Shown: one piece after another, positions 40,553-52,297 of the stretch
Numbering within the stretch: the first letter of the stretch is position 1
Layout of the letters: each line of letters starts with the position of its first letter
Origin: Takakia lepidozioides
Taxonomy: Eukaryota > Plantae > Bryophyta
Assembly (NCBI GenBank): GCA_030704615.1
Contig: CM060731.1
Location: forward strand, 30,194,001 to 30,258,000
DNA length: 64,000 bases
Reading direction: 5' to 3'
The notes under the pieces: generated by a model
Database searches by the model: none
Told to the model about the DNA's origin: nothing
What the model saw: only the letters and a program-made list of their open reading frames with translations
Program-made: the position numbers and the translations under genes

Positions 40553-41721
40553 AAGGGACTGAAAACATACAGCAGGTGGGGTAGACGAACAAACTGCCGT
40601 GCTGCCATAGCGTAGCTTAAGAAAGGCGCTGGCAAAGCTGCGATTTTGTGGGTGGGATCTATGGCTGTAACACCTTGTTTCTATGGTGAAACTGCGATCG
40701 ATGTGTCACATTCAGAGCCTTGTGCACGCCCATGAAATTCACCGCAATTTCACAACAAAAAACGAAACCCCAAGTCCCCTCACATGCAAACAAGTGGAGG
40801 CATTCATCAAAAACTTACAAATTCTTCGGAATTCTTCAAATCTGAGACCGCTTCCAAGCCTACCTCCTGCCTGTTTGTGAATACAACCTGAATTCACATC
40901 TTGTACAGTTGTGTCCTTCCCTTGTCTTCAAACTTTAACTAACTGTAAGGTATGTCTAGTATTTTACTTACAGGTAAGTTGCAACATACTAACCCCATAC
41001 CTGCATAGACTGAATTTAAATAGAGAAAACTAATAATAATATGCAGCAAGTTTATCCATGAATGATGTCAGTCGAAATTCTCTGCGTCATTCCAGGGCCC
41101 TGCACCAACAAAAAAAAAAACAAAAAAAAAAACCCCTCCAAAATCATTGTGCTAATATACTGAGACTGCTCCTATACCCACGCACCGCTACTTTGAACCC
41201 CATGTACGGGTCAAGTAGAATACAAAGGAAACTCTTCATCCACCACATTGTATAGAATAGTTTGTCAGGGTTGCTCCTACTGGATGGATGATGGGATGGA
41301 TGACAGGATGATACCGATCGGATGAGGGCGCCAAACAGCAGCACAGCATGTATAAAGGATGGCGCAGCGCTACGCAACACGTGCGCACAATCGACGGTGC
41401 AGATGAGCGAGAAGCGCGCACCGCTCGTTCACATCCGCACAGCGCCCACGTGGCGTGCCACCTGTACCCACCGATGGGCCTCCATACCCGCTTCTTTCTG
41501 CTCTGCCCCCTGCCCGTCCCAGGCCTGGCCCGAACCTAGCTCGATACTATAACTATTATTATTATTACTGAATTTTGACATTCTAATGAAAGAAAAGGTA
41601 ACAGGACGATATTAATATAATTATTATTAATATGAGCCATTAAAATGCATTAAGAAGAGGGGAAAAATTAACCCCGTGGACCGTGAGGCTTTTTTTTTTT
41701 TGGGCTTACAGAGGTGGTAAC

Positions 41722-42753
41722 CAGTGTTGTGCGGTTCTTGCCATATTGAAGGAACCTCCTGTTCCGGTTCCTTGGTATATTTAAAGAGACGGTTCCGGTT
41801 CCGGATCCGGTTCTTTTTTATGAAGCTGTTCCGGTTCCGGTTCCGGTTCCAAAATTCATGAGCAGATTCCGGTTCCGATTCTCTATTTTTTGAATTTAAA
41901 AATATATATTAAATTTTTGATCGTTTTTTATAAATCTGAAAATGATTTGTGAATCCCCATTAGTTATATCAAATCTTTTGACCATGTTGAAAAGAAACAA
42001 CACAACATTCATATACAAATTTATGAAATAATAATAATGCAATGTAAGCGAGTATAAATTAATGTGTGTAGAGTACACAAAGAAATCATTTTATCTCAAA
42101 CAACTCGGCCTCTGCAATCAACTCCTCGTTGTCATCTAAGTGGACTTCCTCACTATTCAAAAACAGACGTGAGAGACGATACAACACAACGCGATTAAAG
42201 GAAAAAAAAAAAAAAACAAAAACTGCTGCCTACGATGCTACCTCCCTGCGATGCTCCCTCCCCCGTGCTGATGCTAGCGCTGCTGCAGCACATCGCGCAG
42301 GTGGGAGGTGCGAGACTAAAGAATCAGGAAAACCAAAAAACAAAAAACAAAAAAAAAAAAAACCGCTGCTCCCACGCGCTGATCCCTCTCCCCCGTGCGT
42401 TGCTCCTTCCTCCCCGTGCTGCTATGCGCTGCTCCCTCCCCCGCACTGAAGTCGCGCTACTGCAGCAGATCGCACAGATTGGGAGACGACAGATCACAGC
42501 AGAAGAAAAAAAAAAAAAAAAAAAAAAAAAAACCCTAGTGCGGGAACCGGATCCGGAACCGCCAAGAACTCCCGGTTCCAGTTACCATCCAGTTCCTGGA
42601 AAAGCCCATACCCGCCGATTCCGGTTCTGAAACCGGCTTGTCCGGTTCCTGTTCCGGTTCCTGGGCGCCGATTCCAGTTCAGTACCGGTTACGAGGAACC
42701 GGAACCGGAACCTTCGGTTTCAACCCTCCTAAGCGGGTACCCGCACAACACTG
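41722..42753. mobile_element. Non-autonomous hAT DNA transposon
   Basis: Perfect 13-bp TIR CAGTGTTGTGCGG...CCGCACAACACTG, exact 8-bp TSD GTGGTAAC (41714-41721 and 42754-42761), and dense subterminal ccggtt/gaaccg motifs. Confidence 0.93.
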
Positions 42754-43940
42754 GTGGTAACAACATAACAACCCCTTGACCACATTTTATTATCCAGAGT
42801 GAGATTATTTGGCTTGGAATTACTAGTTACTACATCCCTCCACTTGTCCAGAGCCTTTGCATGGACGGACGGTCTCTGGGGGCCCACTATTGTTACTACG
42901 GTCAATTCTTAAGGGTCCCATTACTTACATCCGTGTTTCCTGGGGATTGCTTCATTGACTTGGACAGCCTGGGCATGCAGCCCACCCCTTGACACCGACC
43001 TTTGATGAACTTGAAAGGCAAAAGCAAAAGCAAAAAATTAGATTTTCTTTTTTTCCTGGCAAAGGCGGGGATGGTAACAGTGTAGATCATACTACTGTAA
43101 GTAATGAGAAAATAAAGGGAACACCCAGGAGCACTCACAAATCAATATAACCTCAAGAAAAACAAAAACCTCTTTCAAAGTAATATCACAAGGCTCGACT
43201 ATAGACTATACAACTGTACCAGACCCAACCAGAGGTAGCAGTATTTGAGCCCCGAATAACCTGGGTGTATTTATAAACAATAGACTAATGAGAAGTTAGA
43301 AAACTATTTTATAATTTTATATAAATCTAAATATATTTGTATATGTATTGTATACAGTGTATGTATTTGTATATGTATGTAATGGAATTATATTTTATGA
43401 TTTTGTATAAATTAAACTGTGAATTAATTTCTGCTATCTGATTTTCTCTGGGCAAAAATATAAAATAAAATAATAAGGGCCTCCATTTAGTCGAGTTTTC
43501 AATAAAACACAATATATTTTTCCTCTAAAAAAAGAAAACAAGGAAAACATTGACGGTGTCCCATAACCCTCTTGATGGACGTCTCATATCTAAATACAGC
43601 CTACATGCATATTCACCTCGAACGTATGCAATATCATTCTATAGCTATAAGATGTCGAAATCAAGCAACCCAAATGGAACGTGGAAATAATTTCGAGCAG
43701 AAAAATCATTTTTTCTTTTTTCAAACAGAGGATGGTGCCTCCATATTTTATTGATTGAGGCGAAGAAAAATCATTCACGTCCTATACATTGGATTAGGCC
43801 GAAATCTGATGTTTCCTCATATGGTCTCTTACAGCGGGACATTAGAGTGAAGGGTCCAGATTTGCACTTTGTATTATGGCCCCAAATAGGTTCCATGGAT
43901 GCCACAATGTAAATAGCTTAAGAGGATAAAAGATAAAGAT

Positions 43941-44094
43941 TCTTTAACGTCCAGTGAATTTACAGAGCCTACTGCTCAACATACAGGCCATCGAGGGCCC
44001 AATGGACGGTCTGAAGGCACATGTTGAAGGATTGAACCCAGGATCATCTAGGTTATGCACAGGCAGGGCACAAACACCCAACCACTGGGCTACC
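43941..44094 (-). mobile_element. tRNA-derived SINE (type 1)
   Basis: Minus strand GGTAGCCCAGTGG (A box) and GGGTTCAATCC (B box). Its tail gtaggctctgtaaattcactggac recurs on + at ~62246. Confidence 0.7.
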
Positions 44095-44954
44095 TGCTCA
44101 AGTGAAAGCTTAAGTTAAAAGAAACGCTGCGTGCATGGGCAAGAGAATCTAGAAGGTTCGCCGAATGGGCCCACATGCATGCAACTGCTACTTTTATAGG
44201 GCATACCATGGCCCTCTGGGCCCACATGCAGCCGCCCCACTTATTTCAGACAACCTCTCCATGTCCACTCCCCTTTACCTGATTTTATTTCTCAACCGAC
44301 TTGGGGTAATTTGGCGAGGTTACTCTGAAAGAGGTTATTTTGTCCTCTCACTATAATTAAGGGCCTGATTTTTTTTAATTGTTTTTAAGGGTCTGATTTG
44401 TTCCTGGGTGTTTCTCTTTTTTCTTTTTTTTCTTTTTTTTTGAAAAAAAAGAACAGGGGACGGTGGCCCTGAATACTTTATTGAAGTTTCAGGAAAAAAA
44501 GAGAGAAAAGAAACGGAGTGCTTGTAAAGCTTAACTGGAATGGGGGTTATTGAGTTTTTCTTTTTTTGGTTTTCAAGAATTGTGAACCAACTTGTGCTCC
44601 CACGCTTCAATCAAAAAGAATAAGAGAAAGAAAACTATTAAGAAATAGAGGCTCGGAATGGCTTCGGTGGAGGCTCGGTGTTGCTGCTGGGTGCGGGGAA
44701 GAGCTTCGGGTGGCTCTGGTAAGCGGGGCCGTCGATTATCTTGCGGAAGGCTTTCAGCGCCGTCCGATGGTAGTGCGTGTGTGGAATGTGTAGCTCGCTG
44801 CTCTCTAATGTTTGACATTATATTCTAGGAACTCTTGCGTGTGTTGCCGCACTGGATCGCTGTGTGTGTGAGGCCTTCGTGTCGGAGCTGCGCTGCTGTT
44901 TGTTCTCCGTGCATTTTTCCAGGATTGAGTGGTCGTGTGCCACTCTTTGACACC

Positions 44955-46828
44955 ATGGCTGACACTGCTCAGGTTTGTGATGAACTAGAGTCTTACAGGA
45001 TCGGGTGTTTGGTGTGCTCATCAGATGCTCATCAGTGTTGACATTGGAGAGACGAATTTTAATTTCGACAGCTTTTTGCTGTGAAATGTACTGCATGTTT
45101 CATGCATTGTTTCAGATCGGTTGGTGAGATCTTGAAGTGGTCGGCTTGATGGTAGGATCGTGTGCTTGGTAATGAGGATCTGCATCGAGAGAATATTGTC
45201 TTCGTCTAACGTTGTACTAGTGTCTCGGTTGTTACTTGTGCGTCGCAAGTCGTTTTTTCCACTCGTTGCGATGCACTGGTAATAGTAGATGAAGGCATTT
45301 CTGCACTGTTGTTGGCTTGTTGGTAGAATCATACGTTTTGTGATCCGAGGGAGGGTCGGCATTGAGAGAATTCTTCTTTCTGTGATGTCCTGGTAGTCTC
45401 TCGGTTGTCATGTGTGCGTGGTGAGTCGTTTTGTCATTCATGAGGCTGTACTGGTAGCACCAGACGAAGGCATTTCTGAACTCGTACATCGTTGGGAAGA
45501 TAGTAAATCCTCCTTGGCTGGGGGAAATTCATGCATTCGATGTGTTACAACTTCGTAATGAAATTATCGAACGATTTCGAATACCTTACGGAACTGTTTA
45601 TGCCAATTTTTTCATGCAGAACTTGTTACTTGTACCGTGGCATTGAAAGTATTGTCTGGTGGATTCTCCATATGCTCTATGATGGCTTGTGACCCCATAA
45701 ATTGTCGCCACTAGTTGTAGATATTTGCATTCGGACCTATTTATCTGGTTTGGCCTCCTAAAACATGCGTGCGACCTTTCTCCTGTTCTGGAATCGAGAC
45801 AGGAGCCGCAGTTGAAGTACTTGGGCTTCTTCAACCATATCTTCCGTGTGGCAACAGCGTACGTGCAGAAGGTCTATACGTATGCGAAGGACAGCTCTGG
45901 GCCTTTGAAACCTAGTGCTGATACTGTTGAAGGCACAGTCAAGACGGTTGTGGGGCCTGTATATGAGAAAATTGAGGGGAAGCCAAAGGAACTCTTGCAG
46001 TACCTTGACAACAAGGTAGTACTTGAGAGCACTGCTTGTGGTTTATTGGAAATTTGGGTGGAGAGGCAGTTGCTATGTTGTGGAAACAATCTTTAGGCTG
46101 TTGGTAGTGATGTCAAAGTGCAAATGCTTCGAGAGTATGTTGAGCCTTATTTTGTATCTTGTCTTCTGAGTAGTCGGTTGGTAGTTGAACTAAGTGCTTT
46201 TGTTGGAGTGTTAGGGGTGGAATATCTGACCTCTTGCGTGTGTCTTTGGCAGGTGGACGAGACTTTGAATTTGGTTGAGAATCTTGTGCCTGACTTTGTG
46301 AAACAGAAGACCTACCAAGCTTATGATGTTGCAAAGCAAGCACCAGAGGCAGCCAGGTCACTGGTGGCAGATGTCCAGAAACAGGGCATTTCTGAAACTG
46401 CCAATGAGTTCTACCAGAAATATGAACCTGTAGCGGAGGAATGGGCCTGCTCTGCTTGGCAACAATTTCTGAAACTCCCTCTTGCACCTCAGGCCGTGCA
46501 TCTTGCTGCTCCTGCAGCTTTGTTTGGTGCTCATCAGTACAACCAGTTTGTCTCAGCTTTGAAGCATCACCAGTTGCCTTTATCGGACTACATCCCCTTA
46601 TTGCCAGTCGAGAAGATTGAACAAAGTTTGAAATCTACTCCAGCTCCAGCAGAATCCACCCCTTCTCAAGAGGCTACCTCAGCTCCAGAGTCTACTCCGA
46701 CTACAGAATCAGCTCCAGGATCAGATACAGCGTCAACTTCAGCTCCAGAATCAGATCCAGGGTCAACTCCAGCTTCAGAGTCCACCGCTTCAACAGAGAC
46801 TACTCCAGACACCGCCCCAGCACAATAA
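44955..46828 (+). CDS. REF/SRPP-family lipid-droplet-associated protein (LDAP-like), 3 exons
   Basis: Exons 44955-44972 (MADTAQ), 45803-46015 (EPQLKYLGF..YTYAKDSSGPLKPSADTVEGTVKTVVGPVYEK..LLQYLDNK) and 46253-46828 (KYEPVAEEWACSAW..LPL.PQ..YNQ..YIPLLPVEKI plus an S/T/P/A/E tail). Confidence 0.9.
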
Positions 46829-47754
46829 GAGGTTTTTAATATCTTTGAAGGTCGTTGGACACCTGACGCTCTGTGCTGGTGTTCCATCGCGGTGTACACT
46901 GTACACTGTAAGTGGTTCTTTAATAACCTAAATGATACGGTGTGAGGAGGGGAATTTGCATGAAGTTTCCGTTCAGACTGTCAAGGGCGGACCAAGAAGA
47001 ACTCACAAGTTTGTTTAGTTTACATAGAACCAGGTACAAAACTTTGTGTTACATGTTTTGCATATGTAGATTTGTGTTGTGTAAACAGTCCTGTATACGA
47101 CATGGTTTATGCCGTATGAATTCTGTAAGAAAAGAGGTAATCTATCATAGCCTGCATTACTACTTACCAGCATTACTACTTACCATACTTCACCATTCAT
47201 ATGTCAAGAAAATGATCTGAAAATGTCTGTGTCCTACCTCTAAATGTACACGAACAGGAGGAAAAAAGGTTATTCCTGGATACTCCCATGATTAACATTT
47301 CCTTGCCTGCTGTCTTATACTCTTTGGAGCTATAATCTTCCTGACACCCTACATCATTACCCCTACTTGGCAAAATTCTGGTAAATCCCGGTCAATACTC
47401 TGAAATGCAAATATCTGTGTACAAATCTATTATTCACAGATGGCTCACACAAAATGTATCAAGGGTGCATATCCACCTACACCCTTACCCTGACTCCACT
47501 ATTTATAGATCAAGAGGGCTGTTGCTTAATAGTGGCCGAAGGGTTTTATCTGCAGTCTATGTTCAGTATTTGTTTCTGACAATGCCATCATTAGTTCAGA
47601 GATTCAACTGGGAAAGATTTCACTTCCAACCTCCATCTCCAGTCCATGTCACAAAGAATCATCTCATAATCTCCAGAATATCCGAGCCAGTTGGAAGAGG
47701 TAGACTTAGCCTAAGGTCACACACCATCCCATCCTAAAGCTAAGATATGCAAGT

Positions 47755-50192
47755 TCAGGCAGATGCGGCAACAGTCTCACCATTCAGAGCTGCTGGAGGC
47801 TCAATCTTCAAGGCGGATAGATCTGGTATATTTGAGTCATTAACTTCAGCCCCCACCTTCCACATGAGGGCAGATTTTGTGTCATCTTGCTGCATCAAGT
47901 TAGCATACTCTTCGTAATTGAAATCGTTCTCTCCAAGTGATGCCTCAACCTTGTCCAGGTCTAGTAGCTCATGCAAGAGCTTCATCGACTCGGCATTCTT
48001 ACTATACACAAACTTTACTTTATGAAATGTCTTTGGATCAAGGAAGGGGCTCACAATCTGCATGCCAACAATTCAATGCTTCTGCATGAATCTTGCGACA
48101 ATGCAACTACCATATTTAGCTTATGTCCTTGAAAGATGCCCCCTTATTGAAATACTCCCTTTTCCAAGACTCTAATCTTCAAGTAGTTAAGCAAGAAATC
48201 AGATTTGATGATGTCAGCATGGACCTCATTGCTAATAATCACTTGCTAGATGAAATCTCCCTCACCCCACGACCCATCTCTCACTCCCCCACACATACAT
48301 CCTAAACAATGCACAGATATTCTACTGTACAACAAACTACGGTTCACATTGTCTGAGTTAGTAACATAACACTTACCACCCAAAAAGCTTCAAAAATGCG
48401 GGGAGGGTTGTACAAGATGGCCGTGCCCAATCGCTCAGGATAGTAGTTTTGCAAAATATGGGCAGTTTCCTGGACTGTTCTGATGGGGACTGATTTCTTA
48501 GTTGTCCAGCCCTTGAAATCGACCAACCACACCATTTGCTCTTGGCCAGGCGGCAGATTCAAAACAGCACTCTCCATTGTGTACACCAACTGCCGTAGTT
48601 GACCATCACGAGCCGTGGTATTCTGTGGGGAATAAGCAAACTCCATCAGTCCAATAGATTACATGAAGAGAGAATCAATGTAGCCAGGAAGGACAAAAAA
48701 TATATATTGAAATGTCCAGGAAAAACCCATTACTCAAGTGTCTTTTTGAGGCGTCCAAGCTTGACTGAGACAGCCTCCTATGCATGGTATGTTGTGATCT
48801 TTCAGTTACATCACAAGTGGGTTCTTGGATACCAATGGAGGTGTCATACATTTCTTTTCATTGTCCACAACCACACTTCTTGCTCTCACTCAGCTAGGGT
48901 AGTTGCAACTCAATGGGAGTTTCACATTATCAGCCTCACCTGCCTTCCTGGGTGCAACACCAGGACAGTGTGCCCCTGCTTGTCCACAAAGTTAGCTCTG
49001 TATGTTTTTCCAGTCCTCGACTCTTCTGCAACCTCCTCCTGCAAAGTGCTTTAGAAGTTAGGACTTCAAAATATGTCTGCTACTGTCTGCCTAGTCCTCT
49101 CAAAACTAGGTGTGTTTATCTCATTTTTGCGTCTAGTGACTGTCTGATCCATGTCTCTTGCTCTCTCTCCCTGGTATGTCTTTGCATCCCCGTCCATTCT
49201 AGCCCTTTCAGAAGGAGCCAATCAAATTTGAATCCAAATAGTTGTCAGCCCTGGTGGGGAGAGCTATGGCAACGTCAGGCTCAGTTCCACATCCTCAAAA
49301 GGACAACCCCACGACCCGCTCTCCGGGTGTAGTTATCCCCAGACATACGTCCTTGAGAAAATGGCACTGCCAGTGTTCACAGGACAGGATCAACGGCATC
49401 TCTCTCCTGTTTCGTCTTCCACCCTTTCCAACTGGGTGTGGAATGTGTGACCATGGGGGTGCAGAAAATGCTCACTAACATATATCTTTTCTCTGCAGAA
49501 ACCAACAGCATACATAGGGACGGGCACCTTGTTTGCCACTAATTCAAGAGTTCTTGTGACCAACTAACCCAGCGAATCTCTTCAGGTTTATACTTTGCTC
49601 TCCATGCAAGACTGTCGCGCAACATCTTTTCTGCTTTCTTAACATTCCAGTTGCGTGCCCTCAGGTACCTCTTGAGGCAAGCATCTGATGCATATAGCAA
49701 TGACCGTCCGGTCAGCTGACCCAGTGCTGTCCGCAGCTCATTCACCTGACAACCCATTCACGAGTCTCAGAGACCTATGAATTGGTAATAATACTGATCA
49801 TTTCAAGGAAGGTCTACTTATATTAAGGTACAGCAGCATTCACACAATGGGCCGTCTGTGTTAAGTCAAAACTCACAGAATAGCTTTAATTATCTAAATC
49901 AGACAGACAGGTTTTGCATGAAAGAAAGCCAGAATAGAACATGCCGATTGGTCCAGGTCAGTCCCATGCTTGAATACGTTCTCGAGCTAACTGCCAGAGT
50001 TGAATTGAAAAAATCTCCCCAAGGGTGAATAGTTGACAGGAAAGTCATAAAATCCTTAATCCTTAATCAAAGGTAAGCAAATACAAATAGGCTATGCTTT
50101 CCACACTAAAATCTGTGACTTACCTTGGCTTCTTCTTCGGCAGGTGACGAAGGCTCCTCAAGCCATCTGCTCCCAGCTTTTTTTATCGACAT
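47755..50192 (-). CDS. Sec14/CRAL-TRIO lipid-transfer protein (PDR16-like), 5 coding exons
   Basis: Exons 50192-50124, ~49745-49569 (DACLKRYLRARNWNVKKAEKML..WRAKYKPEEIRW), ~49039-48940 (ESRTGKTYRANFVDKQGHTVL), ~48622-48377 (QEQMVWLVDFKGW..LQNYYPERLG..NPP) and ~48057-47755 (PFLDPKTFHKVKFVY). Confidence 0.92.
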
Positions 50193-52297
50193 GCTTACAA
50201 ACTCCCTCACACCACAGCCTTTCCTACTATTTAACAATCAAGCACACCACCCTGTCTCAGATTGATACACAAGCAGTGTAATGAGTATACATATTATATG
50301 CTGGGTAGCTATTGCAACAACTGAAGTGCACGCTCAATTCAATGACTTCCATTTTGAAGGCTATCTCACTCTCAGTTCCACTTCATTAGTAAAAACCATG
50401 GCACACCTGAATGAAAACATCAAAGAATATCCATGTACATCTGTATTGTGACTTCAGGTACAAGTTCACTCTCTCCTACCCAGGCCCCATCGTCAAGCAA
50501 AATCCAATCTTGGGCTTGGAATCACACTGCCCTAACCAAAAGTGGTGTTTCAGATTGCCTTCTACCCTTATCAGGCAGCAGCAGCAAGCAAAAACACTAT
50601 ATTGGCCGTCCACATTCCTTGAACCGCGGGGAGTGAGACCAGGAAACCCGGCACAACAACAACTTGACAATCCTTCGATTTAGAGCTAGTCCAACAGAAG
50701 GATTTGCTTAAGTGGGAAACATATCCGCTAGCTAGATTGACCTTTGGACTTCCAAATCGATGGTTTTCGCATTTGTAATTAGAACCAAGGCTGGGCCTTT
50801 TGGTTGTGCATTGTTGCAAGAGATCGCCAGACAGTAGGACGCTCCACTGCACAACGGGTGTGCTGTAAGCTACAAACGCGGTTTTGTAAATTTTCCAACA
50901 TGTTGACGAACTGAAATGCGCCAAATCCTATGCTTAGAGAGCAAACATGGTGTTCAGGAAAGCTCCTTGTGACCAGGTCCAGTATTTCAAGCTGCATGGA
51001 GCGTGTTATGCAGACCTCAGAAAATGAAAGCACCATGAGGTAGAGAATGCATGGTGGAACTTACCTTGTTGGTATGTTTTCCTATCCACAGCGCAATGCT
51101 CTGGATAAATAGAGATATCAACTGCTGACATTGCTCACTAAAGTAATGCAGAGTGAACAAGCTTTAGAAAGGATTGATATGATTCAAGCTTGATATGATT
51201 ATGTCCATTATCCCAGAGATTGCAGCACATTGAGCGCCACAAGCTTAACCGACAGGAGGGACGGCTCCATGAACCATCGGAAGCAGGTTAAGGCTAAAAG
51301 CCGAAGTTCCGAAGCTGAAACTCGAACTGAAACTCAACCTTCCAAATACAAACATGCATACTCCCTCCGAGGCGGACTACAAAACCTGGAACCAGACAAC
51401 ACTTGTTCCAGAGCCCGCAGCTTCACAAAAATGACAGAGCAAATCAAAAGCATGGATTTCAATTCACCAAAAAGAAATCAGAATGTGAAAAGAAGCTTCA
51501 CATGAGACAGTTCAACATAGAAACAAACAACAGAGTTGCAAGCAGGTACCAAATTTTCAGAGTCCAGAGTTTCCAAGTAACGACAGAGGCTTAATCTCAG
51601 CTGAGAGAAAGACACGAGATTGTGACAAGAAAATGCACCTCAAGCAGATAGATGAAGACAAAAAACAGAGTTGCAAACGGTACCAGTCTTTCCAGTGCCC
51701 GCACCTTTAAAATGATGAGAGAGTCAAATCAGGCTGGATTTCAGTTCAGAAAAAATATTCCAGATCTCGAAAACCAAGTGCAGATGAGGGAAACAAGCAA
51801 ACTGCAGCAAACAGTCGCTCCTCTCATACTGATCGACACAGACAACATCTTCCTCTCCATCGTCGTCTTGGTCTTCGTCTTCGTCTTCATGCCCTCGCCC
51901 ACAACGACAAGAGACTCTGGAAACACGCACTCCACGTTGATTACATCTCGTCCGTTTAATAATTTAAATATCCTGTGGCTCAGAACAATTACATACTTTT
52001 TCCAGCCAATAAAAAATCAAGGTTGTGAGGGTGACATTAACTGCCTCTTGGCACAAAAGCTCGCGAGGTAAATTCTCTCTACCAACTGTAAGTGTACTTT
52101 GCGTTCGTGGCAGCCTCTGATGCGCCAACTTGGCAATGTCAGATATCTACACGTATTGTACATACGAACATATATATATGTATATATACTGTATAAGTAT
52201 ATATATTGTATATATATTTATACATATACAATACGCGCACAAGCAGATCTCTCGGGTATTTCGTGGTTTCGCAAGTGTAGGCCTGGGCTCGTCGTCC

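Noticed and set aside
43941-44094. Functional tRNA gene
   Set aside because: A and B boxes are present but there is no cloverleaf, and the unrelated tail repeated elsewhere indicates a SINE.
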